Assembly (NCBI GenBank): GCA_041675125.1
Contig: JBAYUM010000001.1
Coordinates: forward strand, 1 to 60,967
Length of the DNA: 60,967 bases
Direction of reading: 5' to 3'
Origin: Candidatus Nanopelagicales bacterium
Lineage (GTDB): Bacteria; Actinomycetota; Actinomycetes; S36-B12
In this document: one piece after another, positions 1 to 9,309 of the stretch
Layout of the letters: each line of letters begins with the position of its first letter
Position numbering within the stretch: the first letter of the stretch is position 1
Position numbers and translations under genes: made by a program
Notes under the pieces: generated by a model
What the model saw: the letters and a program-made list of their open reading frames with translations, nothing else
Told to the model about the DNA's origin: nothing
Databases searched by the model: none

Positions 1-1074
1 CTCTCGGTCGTTGATCGTGACCAGTTGGTGCTCGACCTCGAGCTGCCTGTGGTGCAGCAGGTCGGTACCGCGCCGGAAGACCTCAGCGAACACGTTCGGG
101 TATTGATCGAAGATGGCGTTCCACTCCGCAAGGGTCTTTCCCTGCACGATGTCGTAGAGCAGGTTCCAGAACTCGAAGCGCATCTCGCCCGAGGCATCCG
201 GTGGTATGAGCACGGTGTCCGTGCACATCCTCACGAAGTCGCCCCACTTCTCATCCTCGTACATCCAATCGAGCTCGCATGCGGTCATGAAGTCGCGGAA
301 CAGGCGAGGCTGGACCTGGGCGAACTGGAGCCAGTGCCCGTCCTTGGTGATCGCCACCAGCAGCTTGTATGAGTAGCTCAGGAAGGGCGCGCCGTCCTCG
401 CGCAGGATCATGCCGCCACCCTGGAATGCGTCGGGGAAGATCTGGGCCAGCGCTGCGTTGGTCTGCTGCCAGGGATCGAGCCCACCGAGCGCATGGGCAA
501 GGCTGGTGCCCACGACCTGCCCGGCACCACTGGTCTCGCGCTCGCGCAGCGCTGCGAAGATGCCCTGCAGGGCTGCCTGCGAGCCGCTCCACGAGGCCCA
601 TGGAGTGCTCGACCAGTTGGGACCCGGCCGGTCGGTAGCGGACCCGAAGGCGTGACTCAGGCCGAGTTTGGCCGAGACGAGGGCCTCGTCGGCCTTCACA
701 TCCGCCAAAGGCCCCTGTTCGCCGAAGCCGGTGACCTGCGCATAGATGAGTCGAGGGTTGAGCGCCGTGATCGAAGTCGCATCGAGCCCGAGGGCTACGA
801 GCTCGCAGACGCGTTCCTGAGTGACCACGACATCAGCGTCCGCCATGAGCCGGCGAGCGACCTCGAGGTCTGCCGCCTCGGCGCGGTCGAGCACGATGCT
901 CTTCTTGCCGCGGGCGATGAACAGGAAGCCAGGCTCCCTGCGCAGGACCGCCCCGCCTGGATTCTCGATCAGCACGACCTCGGCCCCGAAGTCGGCCAGG
1001 AGGTTGCCCACCTGCGCGCAGGACAGCCCATCCCCGAACTCGACGACCTTCAGACCGTTCAACACGCCGCTCAT
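1..1074 (-). CDS. Family III CoA-transferase (CaiB/BaiF-type); C-terminal end lies outside the window
   Basis: The minus-strand frame is open for all 358 codons from ATG (1074-1072) to the window edge. It is absent from the ORF track only because no stop lies inside the window. The N-terminus MSGVLNGLKVVEFGDGLSCAQVGNLLADFGAEVVLIENPGG is the typical family III CoA-transferase opening. Confidence 0.8.
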   Translation of the reverse strand, partial: MSGVLNGLKVVEFGDGLSCAQVGNLLADFGAEVVLIENPGGAVLRREPGFLFIARGKKSIVLDRAEAADLEVARRLMADADVVVTQERVCELVALGLDATSITALNPRLIYAQVTGFGEQGPLADVKADEALVSAKLGLSHAFGSATDRPGPNWSSTPWASWSGSQAALQGIFAALRERETSGAGQVVGTSLAHALGGLDPWQQTNAALAQIFPDAFQGGGMILREDGAPFLSYSYKLLVAITKDGHWLQFAQVQPRLFRDFMTACELDWMYEDEKWGDFVRMCTDTVLIPPDASGEMRFEFWNLLYDIVQGKTLAEWNAIFDQYPNVFAEVFRRGTDLLHHRQLEVEHQLVTINDRE

Positions 1075-1150
1075 GGGAGACCTTTCACCTGCTCGAATCT
1101 GACCGAAGGTCCGCAATCATGCCCGGAATCGGAACCGAAGTCTACGGTGT

Positions 1151-1162
1151 ATAGGTACCTAT
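1151..1162. promoter_or_regulatory. Perfect 12-bp AT-rich palindrome ATAGGTACCTAT, candidate operator upstream of the CoA-transferase gene
   Basis: Read directly. It lies in the 107-bp gap between the acyltransferase stop (1182) and the CoA-transferase start (1074), about 77 bp upstream of the latter. No cognate regulator was identified. Confidence 0.2.
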
Positions 1163-1181
1163 TGAGATGAAAGATCCTGAA

Positions 1182-3227
1182 TTACTGCCGTCCGATAATC
1201 TGCGCAAATACCCCCGAAAGGTGCTCGCTGGCAGCGATGGAGATGTGCCCGTCGTCACGGTAGAGATAGGCCCCGCCGAGTTCGGTGGTGCACAGGCGGC
1301 CAGGGCACAACTGCCCACGCACATCCAGCACGTCAGCACCGGTCACCTTGGCGACCCCGTTGATCGCAGTGCGGGCGGCCTGCTGATTCCTGTCAGCGAA
1401 GTCTTGGGGCATCTGCTCCCCGAGATCGCCTCCGATGGCAATGTCCAGGACCGAGAAGCGATGGGGATCAGAAGCGTAGGGAGAGGCGAAGTACGGCACG
1501 TCCTGAACCAGGACCACGCGGTGCCCTGACTCCTGCAGCTGTCGCACCGTCGACTCCATGCCGGCCTGCAGGCTGAGTCGCTTGGCATCCCGATCATTGG
1601 TCAACGCATCCGCACTCGGACCTGCGGAGAAGGCTTTCGAATTCCAGTAGACGCTCGACGCGCCGATCACGACGATTCCGGGCGGCTGCTGCTTGAGCCA
1701 TGCCAGGGTCTTCTGCACGAACTGCCGGCACGGTGAACGGGGCGCCGCAGTCGAGTGGAAATGCGTGTCGTAGAACGGGCACGCATTTGCCGTGGCAATG
1801 GTGAGTGGTTCATCCAGTGCGCCGGTGGCATTGATCACTGCTTCACTGAAGTGGTCAGCATGCGAATCGCCCACGAGATACACATGGGTTCCCTGTGCGT
1901 CCGCATGCCAGGTGCAGGCCGTCGCTCTGCGATCACTTGGAGCGATCGACTTATTGCATCCCGCCTTGTTTCCCGCATGCATCGGAGCGACCGATGCGAC
2001 GAACTCCTGCACGCGCGGGCTCCAGAATCCGTGGTCTGCTGCGATCCACAGGCCGAAGGCCAGAGCGATCGAGGGAACCATGGTGATGGCGACGATCCGT
2101 GTCATTCGTGGCTTGCTCACATCGCGGAGTCCGCGGATCGGCTGCTCGACCCACTGATACGAGATGAACGAGGGAACAAGAGAGGCAAGAGCGGCGACGA
2201 AGGCGATGCCTGGAGCCGTAGGCCACAGCATCAATGCGAACACGATGAGCGGCCAATGCCAGAGGTACCACGAGTACGAGATGTTGCCGACTGCGACAAA
2301 CGGACGCGTGCCCAGGAATCGACTCACAGGGTTAGTGACTGCGTAGCCGGCCATGAGCAGCAACAACGTGCTCACGACGGGGAGAATGGTCAACGGTCCT
2401 GGCCAGACCGTCTCGCCATTGACGATTCCCAGTGAGATCACCAGCCCGATGACGCCAAGAACTGCCAACACCGTGCCAACTGCACGGCCGATGAACGGCT
2501 CGATCCTGGCCGCGAGAAGTGCGAGCAGGGCTCCCGCAGCGAACTCCCACGCTCTGCTCGCCGGCCCATAGAAGCCGCCGAGCCAACTCGGCATCAATGG
2601 GATGTCGTGCCCCGCCGCCTCGAGCATCGCAATGGCGAAGGACACCAGGGCGACCGCCCCGACGAAGAGAACAGGCACCCAGCGAGCATTGAGCCGGCGC
2701 GCGAGCCTCCAGCCGAGGAAGAGCACTAGGGGGAAGATCAGGTAGAACTGCTCTTCAACTGACAGCGACCACGTGTTGAGCAGCGGGTTCGAGGCCGCCG
2801 GAGCGTCGAAATAGCCACCAGTCGTCTCGGCTATCACGATATTCGCGCTGAGCAGCAGCGCACCCAGCCCGGTCTTGGCGGCGATCTGCTGGTCGCCCAT
2901 CGGCGACTCGATCAGTGCCGACAGGAGGACGACGACTGCCACCAGCAGTGCCAGGGCCGGGGTCAGGCGCCTGAACCGTCTGGCATAGAAGGTCGAGAAG
3001 CGGAGGGTCTGCGTACGCACCCACTCCCGAGCGAGCATCGCAGTGATCACGAATCCGGAGATGACGAAGAACACGTCGACACCGAGAAAACCACCAGGCA
3101 CCGGCAGCCCGGCGTGGAACGCCACTACGAATCCGACCGCGAGGGCTCGCAGCCCCTGGATGTCGTCCCGACGGTTCTCCTGAGCCTGCGGGGACATCGT
3201 GGGCACGGCTGGACGGCCGTTCGTCAT
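1182..3227 (-). CDS. Membrane O-acyltransferase: acyltransferase_3 (OafA/OatA-like) domain fused to a C-terminal SGNH/GDSL-like domain
   Basis: 681-aa ORF. The N-terminal polytopic part has DIQGLRALAVGFVVAFHAG...GVDVFFVISGFVI (AT3 signature). The C-terminal soluble part has VYLVGDSHADH (GDS block). Confidence 0.85.
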   Translation of the reverse strand: MTNGRPAVPTMSPQAQENRRDDIQGLRALAVGFVVAFHAGLPVPGGFLGVDVFFVISGFVITAMLAREWVRTQTLRFSTFYARRFRRLTPALALLVAVVVLLSALIESPMGDQQIAAKTGLGALLLSANIVIAETTGGYFDAPAASNPLLNTWSLSVEEQFYLIFPLVLFLGWRLARRLNARWVPVLFVGAVALVSFAIAMLEAAGHDIPLMPSWLGGFYGPASRAWEFAAGALLALLAARIEPFIGRAVGTVLAVLGVIGLVISLGIVNGETVWPGPLTILPVVSTLLLLMAGYAVTNPVSRFLGTRPFVAVGNISYSWYLWHWPLIVFALMLWPTAPGIAFVAALASLVPSFISYQWVEQPIRGLRDVSKPRMTRIVAITMVPSIALAFGLWIAADHGFWSPRVQEFVASVAPMHAGNKAGCNKSIAPSDRRATACTWHADAQGTHVYLVGDSHADHFSEAVINATGALDEPLTIATANACPFYDTHFHSTAAPRSPCRQFVQKTLAWLKQQPPGIVVIGASSVYWNSKAFSAGPSADALTNDRDAKRLSLQAGMESTVRQLQESGHRVVLVQDVPYFASPYASDPHRFSVLDIAIGGDLGEQMPQDFADRNQQAARTAINGVAKVTGADVLDVRGQLCPGRLCTTELGGAYLYRDDGHISIAASEHLSGVFAQIIGRQ

Positions 3228-3402
3228 GATTCCTCCAGCAGCCCAGCGGCAATGGTCGAGTTGCGGAGTCTACGTGGGCTTTCTCTCATGAACGCGGCGC
3301 GCATGAGGGAGGAGCGACAGGTCATTCAGGCCTCACCGGGAACTGACGTATTCTGGACAACCTGCCTGCGAGCACCTCACCCGAACTCCCTGGAGCGACG
3401 TC

Positions 3403-5082
3403 TTGACCGAAGTACACGGCCGCAAGAGGGTCGAGGTCACGACTGCCACGATCATCACGATTGTCGTAGCGGTCCTTGCCCTGCTGCTCGTCGGCGTCAC
3501 CAATTCCGCCAGGGCCGGCGAGGCAGGACCCGATGGGACCGGCCTGGTCGATGGTTCGACCCAGGCACCATCGGCTCCGCCCACCACCCCGGCCACCGGC
3601 TCAGTGTCGGGGATCAAGAACGTGGTCCTGATCCTGGCCGACGACCTCGACTGGGCAGCCTTCGATCAGGTACCCCGCCTGGCAGCGCTCAAGGCGCAGG
3701 GCACCACGCTCTCGAACTTCGTCGTCACCGACTCCCTGTGCTGCCCCTCACGCACGTCCTTGATGAGAAGCCAGTTCGTGCACAACCACCGCGTGCTGTC
3801 GAATGTGCCGAAGTCTGGCGGTGGTTGGGAGAAGTTCTACGCTCGCGATCTGGAGATGAACTGCCTGCCAACCTGGCTCAATCGCTCGGGTGTGGACACG
3901 TCGCTCATTGGCAAGTACCTCAACGGTTTCCCGACCGGCGCTCCGGCGGAGACCTACATCCCGCCTGGCTGGAACTACTTCGTGTCATCCACCTCGAAGA
4001 ATCAAGCCTACGTGGGCTGGAACTACACACTCAACGAGAACGGGAAACTCAAGAGCTACGGCAACAAGCCGCAGCACTTCCTCAATGATGTGCTCACCGC
4101 GGCTGCCATCGCGCACATTGCCAGCGTGAAGGTTCCCTTCTTCATGGAGTTGGCCACCTACAACCCACATGTGCCGGCACCAGTTGCAGCGCGTCACGCA
4201 GGCACGCACAGCACGGACACCATTCCGCGCACCCCGTCCTTCAACACTCCTGGAACCGGTGAAGTCAACTGGCTGAGCTCGCGCCCGGTGCTCACCGCTC
4301 CACGCGTTGCCAACCTCGACCGGCTCTGGCGCAAGCGGCTTCAATCAACGGAATCCGTAGCCGACTCCTACGACGCGATCACTGCCCAACTCAAGGCGAC
4401 CGGTCATGCCGACGACACACTGGTGATCGTCACATCTGACAACGGATACCACGCCGGTGTCCATCGTCTTGCCACTGGCAAGCAGACCGCGTTCCGCGAG
4501 GATTCAGTTGTGCCCGCCATCTTCATCGGCCCAGGAATCGCCAAGGGTGCCGTCATTGACGAAACGACCTCAATGGTCGATCTCGGCCCCACTATCGCCG
4601 AACTGCTCGGGGCAAGCACCCCTGAATGGGTCGACGGCCGAAGCCTGCTTCCACTGCTCTCCGGCCAAGCAGACGTGCCCTGGCGCACTGCGACCTTGAC
4701 GGAGAGCCTGGCCCGCACCACCCCGGGCGATCCCGACTACACACCATTCGAGCCTCCCCCATTCCATGCACTGCGCAGCAGGCAATGGCTCTACGTCGAG
4801 TACCGCAGCGGTGAGGTCGAGCTCTACAACCTGAAGAACGACCCGTTTGAGATGAACAATGTCGTGAGTTCGACCAACCCCACGATCATTGGCCAACTGC
4901 ACGCTCAACTCGACGCCATGGTCCACTGCACCGGGCCGACCTGTCGAATCGCCGACAGCATGCCCAATGGCACGTCCATTCTTCCGCTTCCGCAGCCGAC
5001 ATCCAGCCCTGTGGCCACGGCTTCGCCAAGTGACTCAGCGAGCGGCACGCCATCGCCTACTGCAGCATCACCTGCTCAATAA
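3403..5082 (+). CDS. Exported formylglycine-dependent (type I) sulfatase with a Pro/Ser/Thr-rich C-terminal tail
   Basis: 559-aa ORF with a TTG start preceded by GGAG. It has an N-terminal hydrophobic anchor/signal (TTATIITIVVAVLALLLVGV...ARA), the metal-site block NVVLILADDLDW, and SLCCPSRTSLM (C-x-P-x-R formylglycine motif). The tail is PLPQPTSSPVATASPSDSASGTPSPTAASPAQ. Confidence 0.85.
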   Translation: MTEVHGRKRVEVTTATIITIVVAVLALLLVGVTNSARAGEAGPDGTGLVDGSTQAPSAPPTTPATGSVSGIKNVVLILADDLDWAAFDQVPRLAALKAQGTTLSNFVVTDSLCCPSRTSLMRSQFVHNHRVLSNVPKSGGGWEKFYARDLEMNCLPTWLNRSGVDTSLIGKYLNGFPTGAPAETYIPPGWNYFVSSTSKNQAYVGWNYTLNENGKLKSYGNKPQHFLNDVLTAAAIAHIASVKVPFFMELATYNPHVPAPVAARHAGTHSTDTIPRTPSFNTPGTGEVNWLSSRPVLTAPRVANLDRLWRKRLQSTESVADSYDAITAQLKATGHADDTLVIVTSDNGYHAGVHRLATGKQTAFREDSVVPAIFIGPGIAKGAVIDETTSMVDLGPTIAELLGASTPEWVDGRSLLPLLSGQADVPWRTATLTESLARTTPGDPDYTPFEPPPFHALRSRQWLYVEYRSGEVELYNLKNDPFEMNNVVSSTNPTIIGQLHAQLDAMVHCTGPTCRIADSMPNGTSILPLPQPTSSPVATASPSDSASGTPSPTAASPAQ

Positions 5083-7360
5083 CGCGCTTGGCCGCAGTCC
5101 CCTGGTCATACGAGCAGAAGCGACGGCGAAATTCAGCGAGCCTTTGCCGGTTCTCGGCTGACTGGTACTCAGCATTCGACATGATCGCGTTCAATTGCGC
5201 TTGATTCGACGCAACTGCACCAGGCGGTCCTGCAAGGAGATCGAAGTACGTGCCCCGAGCCTCCTGGTAGGCCTCCCAGTCATCGGCGTAGATGATGATC
5301 GGACGGTTCAGGACGGCATAGTCGAACATCACCGAGGAATAGTCGGTGATGAGCAGATCCGCTGCCAGGTAGCAGTCGATGATGGATGCGAATGCAGAGC
5401 CGTCGATCACTCGGCCCGAGGCGACCAGACCCTTGATCCGCGACCCCAAGGTCGTCGTGTGGTGTGCCCGCACGATGAAGACGAAGTCCTCGGGAACACG
5501 GCTGATCAGCTCCTCGAAATCAATGCGCAGCGAGGTATCGCCCTCGACATCACGGTAGGTGGGTGCGTAGAGCACCGCAGTCTGATCGGGGCGCACGCCG
5601 ACACGCTCCCTGCTCGCAGCGATGTCACTCGCCGTGGCATTGACGAGCACATCATTCCTGGGATAGCCGAATTCAAGCCACGAGTACGAGCACGGATAGG
5701 CGTGACTCCACATCTCGGTTGAATAGGCATTGGAACTCAAGGCATAGTCCCAATTGTCACTGCGACGCAGCAGGTCTGCGAACTCCTGCCGACTGCGTGA
5801 GGGATCGAGCTCCACGACATGATCGCCCCTGCGGGGAGCCTTTCGATTCGGATCGATGGCAGTGCTCGCGACTGAATGATTCATCACGTCAAGTCCGCAG
5901 TACTTCAATGGCGTGCCATGCATCGTCTGGATGACGACTTGCCCTGGGCGCTTGACGAAGGCCCCCGGGAAATTGACGTTGTTCACGAAGTACTTGGCGC
6001 GGGCAAGCACCGCCCACTGCTTCAGGGTGTTGGGAGCGACGTGCGCGACTCCTGGCGGGAGCTTGCCGACCTTGTCCTTCTCCATGACCCACACGGCCTT
6101 GAGGTGTGGCGCATAGGTCGGCAGGGCCTCGAAGATCGCTCTGGGATTGCAGCCATAGCCGGTGCCCCAGTACTCAGAGAACACGACGACATCGTCCTTC
6201 AATGGAAGCTTGCGGAAGAAGCCGTACCAGAGTCGTCCGACCGCGCGGACCTTGCGAACGGTGCGGCGCAACGGCCAATAGATGCGTCCAATGAAGCGGC
6301 GCAACGGAATGCGCTTCCTGTCCACCCAGTTGTACAGCGCGAACGCACGATACGAGCCCTTGCGGAACAGTCGGCCCCGCACATCACTTGGCAGATTCTT
6401 CGCGTGATCATCCGATGACGGTGGAGCATGCTTGCGCGCCGACAGCGTTGCCTGGGCGAAGAAGGGCTTGCGCTCCGACGCGGCGATGCGTCCTCGATGC
6501 CGAATGATGATGACGAAGTGATTCACCATGATGTCGTAGAGATGCTTGCGCACGCCGTCGCTGACGCCGAGGCGATCGAGCTCGTCGAACACCAGGTCGT
6601 ATTGCGCGAAGACATCGAAATGATGTGGGCTCGGTGTGCCCAGGATGTTGCCGCCCGATCTTCGCTGCCGATACAGGAGCACGACCCGGTTGAGGGTCAC
6701 CGCCCGCCTGGCATTGAGCAGGACCGCATAGGTGAAGGAGATGTCCTCATAGAGACCAGCGCGGAAGCTCACTCCGAGCTGCTGCAGGAAATCACGCCGA
6801 TACGCCTTGTTGCACGCGATGGGGAGCAGATTGAAGAGCCGACGATGGTCCTTGGGCTGGAAGCTGCCCACGGACAGGCTCGCCAGCTGCTCCGCTCCCC
6901 AGCTCACCGCCTCGCGCCCGTCCCACCAGACACGTGAGTAGTTGTAGATCAGGACTTCAGGAAGGTCATTGCTGTTCAGCTTGTCGGCGATGGCCTTCAG
7001 CGAACCGGGGGCGAAGGTGTCGTCCCCGTCGAGGAAGAGGATGTACTCGCCCTCGGCTGCCGCCACACCGGCATTGCGCGCATGACCCAAGCCGACGTTC
7101 TTCTCAAGGTGCAAGGGTCGTATCCGCGCATCCGCCCGCGCCATCTCATCGGCGATGTCGCCACTGTGGTCAGGTGAGCAGTCATCGACGACAACGATCT
7201 CGAAATCCTCGAAATCCTGCTCGAGAACTGACGTGAGGCACTCGCGCAGGTACGACTGCACGTTGTAGACCGGCACGATGATGGAGAAGAACGCCATGGA
7301 AGCCGAGGATAGGCCTACCCGATGCCCGTCCTTGACCCATGAAACTCGCAAGGTGCTCAT
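5057..7360 (-). CDS. Bifunctional GT2 glycosyltransferase / CDP-glycerol glycerophosphotransferase (TagB/TagF family)
   Basis: 767-aa ORF. The N-terminal half has FSIIVPVYNVQSYLRECLTSVLEQDFEDFEIVVVDDCSPD and FLDGDD (GT-A fold, DxD). The C-terminal half has VLYAPTYRD ... LITDYSSVMFDYAVLNRPIIIYADDWEAY, typical of TagF-like enzymes. ATG at 7297 (MAFFSIIVPVYN) is an alternative start. Confidence 0.85.
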   Translation of the reverse strand: MSTLRVSWVKDGHRVGLSSASMAFFSIIVPVYNVQSYLRECLTSVLEQDFEDFEIVVVDDCSPDHSGDIADEMARADARIRPLHLEKNVGLGHARNAGVAAAEGEYILFLDGDDTFAPGSLKAIADKLNSNDLPEVLIYNYSRVWWDGREAVSWGAEQLASLSVGSFQPKDHRRLFNLLPIACNKAYRRDFLQQLGVSFRAGLYEDISFTYAVLLNARRAVTLNRVVLLYRQRRSGGNILGTPSPHHFDVFAQYDLVFDELDRLGVSDGVRKHLYDIMVNHFVIIIRHRGRIAASERKPFFAQATLSARKHAPPSSDDHAKNLPSDVRGRLFRKGSYRAFALYNWVDRKRIPLRRFIGRIYWPLRRTVRKVRAVGRLWYGFFRKLPLKDDVVVFSEYWGTGYGCNPRAIFEALPTYAPHLKAVWVMEKDKVGKLPPGVAHVAPNTLKQWAVLARAKYFVNNVNFPGAFVKRPGQVVIQTMHGTPLKYCGLDVMNHSVASTAIDPNRKAPRRGDHVVELDPSRSRQEFADLLRRSDNWDYALSSNAYSTEMWSHAYPCSYSWLEFGYPRNDVLVNATASDIAASRERVGVRPDQTAVLYAPTYRDVEGDTSLRIDFEELISRVPEDFVFIVRAHHTTTLGSRIKGLVASGRVIDGSAFASIIDCYLAADLLITDYSSVMFDYAVLNRPIIIYADDWEAYQEARGTYFDLLAGPPGAVASNQAQLNAIMSNAEYQSAENRQRLAEFRRRFCSYDQGTAAKRVIEQVMLQ

Positions 7361-7384
7361 TTGGCGCTGTAGTAAGGTCGGCGA

Positions 7385-8281
7385 GTGAATTTAGGTGGAG
7401 CAGATTGCCTGAACCCTGTCCTAGTCGGCGGAACCGGGCGAAGTGGCTCCACGATCCTGGGCCAGATCCTGGGCCAGCATCCTGACCTGATGCTCACTGA
7501 TCCGCCTGAGATCCGGTTCCTCGCCAATGACCATGGCGTCGCCGAGGCACTGACCATGACTCGCGGACCCTGGCTCAAGCGCCGCAAGGCCAAGTCAGAG
7601 GCGAAGTTCTGCCTCGAGCGCACCAAGACGCTGTGGTTCTGGCGTGCGGCCAAGATCGGTCTGCATACTTCGATCACGATCGAGGAGGTCGACGCCCTGG
7701 GCAAGGACTATCTCGACCAATTCGGCCGCGACCCGATCGCCGCGTCACAGGCGTTCACCTACGCCATCATGCGCAAGGTGGCGATCAACGCCAACGGCCG
7801 CAGATGGGTCGACACAACGCCCGCCAATGCCCGCATCTCCGACCAGATCGAGCCGATCTATCCAGATTCCCAGGTCATCGGCATGATCCGTGACGGTCGC
7901 GATGTGGCAGCCTCCTTCGTGGCCCAGACCTTCGGGCCCAATGAGATCTTCGCCTCGCTGCGCCAGTGGGAGAAGCGCTCGCTGCTCATCCACCAGTCGA
8001 CCCTGGCAAGCCGACCTGGCCGCTGCATCATCGTCGACATGCTCGACCTGGTCGATCGTGATCGGGACAGCACCCTCGAGCGGATCTGCGATTTCCTGAA
8101 TGTGCCCGTCGATCCGACGATGAAGGGCTGGTTCGACGAGACGGTCAATGCGTCCAACGCCCACGTCGGGCGTTGGCGCACCCAGTTCGATGAGGCCACC
8201 ACTAGGGAAATCGACCGGATCTACGGCGAGATGGTCGACCGCCTGTCGGCCCAAGGCGTCCAGATCCCGCTCGAGTCCTAG
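7385..8281 (+). CDS. Cytoplasmic PAPS-dependent sulfotransferase family protein
   Basis: 298-aa ORF with a GTG start. VLVGGTGRSGSTILG resembles the 5'-phosphosulfate-binding loop. MIRDGRDVAASF resembles the 3'-phosphate-binding R-x-x-R-D-x-x-x-S block. No signal peptide or TM segment is present. Confidence 0.7.
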   Translation: MNLGGADCLNPVLVGGTGRSGSTILGQILGQHPDLMLTDPPEIRFLANDHGVAEALTMTRGPWLKRRKAKSEAKFCLERTKTLWFWRAAKIGLHTSITIEEVDALGKDYLDQFGRDPIAASQAFTYAIMRKVAINANGRRWVDTTPANARISDQIEPIYPDSQVIGMIRDGRDVAASFVAQTFGPNEIFASLRQWEKRSLLIHQSTLASRPGRCIIVDMLDLVDRDRDSTLERICDFLNVPVDPTMKGWFDETVNASNAHVGRWRTQFDEATTREIDRIYGEMVDRLSAQGVQIPLES

Positions 8282-8369
8282 CCAATGCGCCGGGTTCGGC
8301 CAATGCCGCGCATCCGCAGGCCCTGTCGCCTCTTAAGGTGGGAATCATCATGACCAAGGTAGGAAAGCA

Positions 8370-9284
8370 ATGAGCCGCGGCGCCCCCACGCAGGAGCGCA
8401 CGGTCCAGGTCTTCCTGCCCCATCGCGCCGGACTGCCTCGTCTCACCACCTATTTCGCCACGCTCTGGTCACGACGCCACTTCGCTGCCGAGCTCTCCAG
8501 CGCCACGATGCGCGCAGCCCACACCAACACCTTCTTCGGCCAGTTCTGGCTGGTGATCAGCCCGGCACTCAATGCTGCTGTCTACTTCCTGCTGGTCAAT
8601 GTCATCCGCGGCGGCAGCGCCGGACCCGACTTCTTCATGCACCTGCTGGCAGGCCTCTTCGCCTTCAACTTCATCCAGACAGTCATGACCAATGGCGCGG
8701 ACTCGGTCGTCAAGGGCGGCAGCCTGGTGCTGAATACCGCTTTCCCCCTGCTGCTCCTCCCTTTCTCGGCACTGCGCACGGCCTTCTTCAGATTCCTGCC
8801 CTCGCTCGGGATCCTGCTGGCCTTCTTCATCTACTTCGACTACGCCGGTCCGCATTCCCAGGAGTGCAGCCAGGCGACGGGTGCGTGCTTCGATCTCAAC
8901 ACGATTCACTTCAGTCCAGTCCAGCTCATGGCCATTCCAGCGTTCCTGCTGATCTTCGTCTTCGCCATGGGCCTCTCAGCCCTGATGGCCACCGTGCAGG
9001 TGTACTTCCGCGACACCACCCAGTTGCTGCCCTATGCCACTCGCATCTGGCTCTATCTGTCACCAGTGCTCTACTTCGCCGATCAGATGAAGCCATGGAT
9101 GCTGAAGTTCGAGGTCTTCAATCCCCTCTACCCCCTGCTTGGAGTCTGGACCGACACATTGATCCGCGGCACCATGCCGCCACTGACCTGGTGGCTGGGA
9201 TCGGCAGCCTGGGCCTTCGGCACCCTCATTCTCGGCACCTTCTGGTTCATCTCGCGTGAGCGCGAGTTCGCGGTGCGGATTTGA
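8370..9284 (+). CDS. ABC-2 type polymer exporter permease (TagG/Wzm-like)
   Basis: 304-aa ORF with about 6 hydrophobic helices. The N-terminal cytoplasmic segment LWSRRHFAAELSSATMRAAHTNTFFGQFWLVISPALNA is typical of ABC-2 teichoic-acid/O-antigen permeases. It is followed directly by the ATPase gene. Confidence 0.8.
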   Translation: MSRGAPTQERTVQVFLPHRAGLPRLTTYFATLWSRRHFAAELSSATMRAAHTNTFFGQFWLVISPALNAAVYFLLVNVIRGGSAGPDFFMHLLAGLFAFNFIQTVMTNGADSVVKGGSLVLNTAFPLLLLPFSALRTAFFRFLPSLGILLAFFIYFDYAGPHSQECSQATGACFDLNTIHFSPVQLMAIPAFLLIFVFAMGLSALMATVQVYFRDTTQLLPYATRIWLYLSPVLYFADQMKPWMLKFEVFNPLYPLLGVWTDTLIRGTMPPLTWWLGSAAWAFGTLILGTFWFISREREFAVRI

Positions 9285-9309
9285 TGATGAACCCGACAGG
9301 AGGTGCACT

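Noticed and set aside
8350-8373. A 7-codon mini-ORF (MTKVGKQ*) whose TGA overlaps the ATG of the ABC-2 permease gene, considered as a possible leader peptide.
   Set aside because: The same nucleotides (AGGAAAG) are most simply the permease ribosome-binding site. A 7-codon ORF of this kind is expected by chance, and I see no attenuator structure associated with it.
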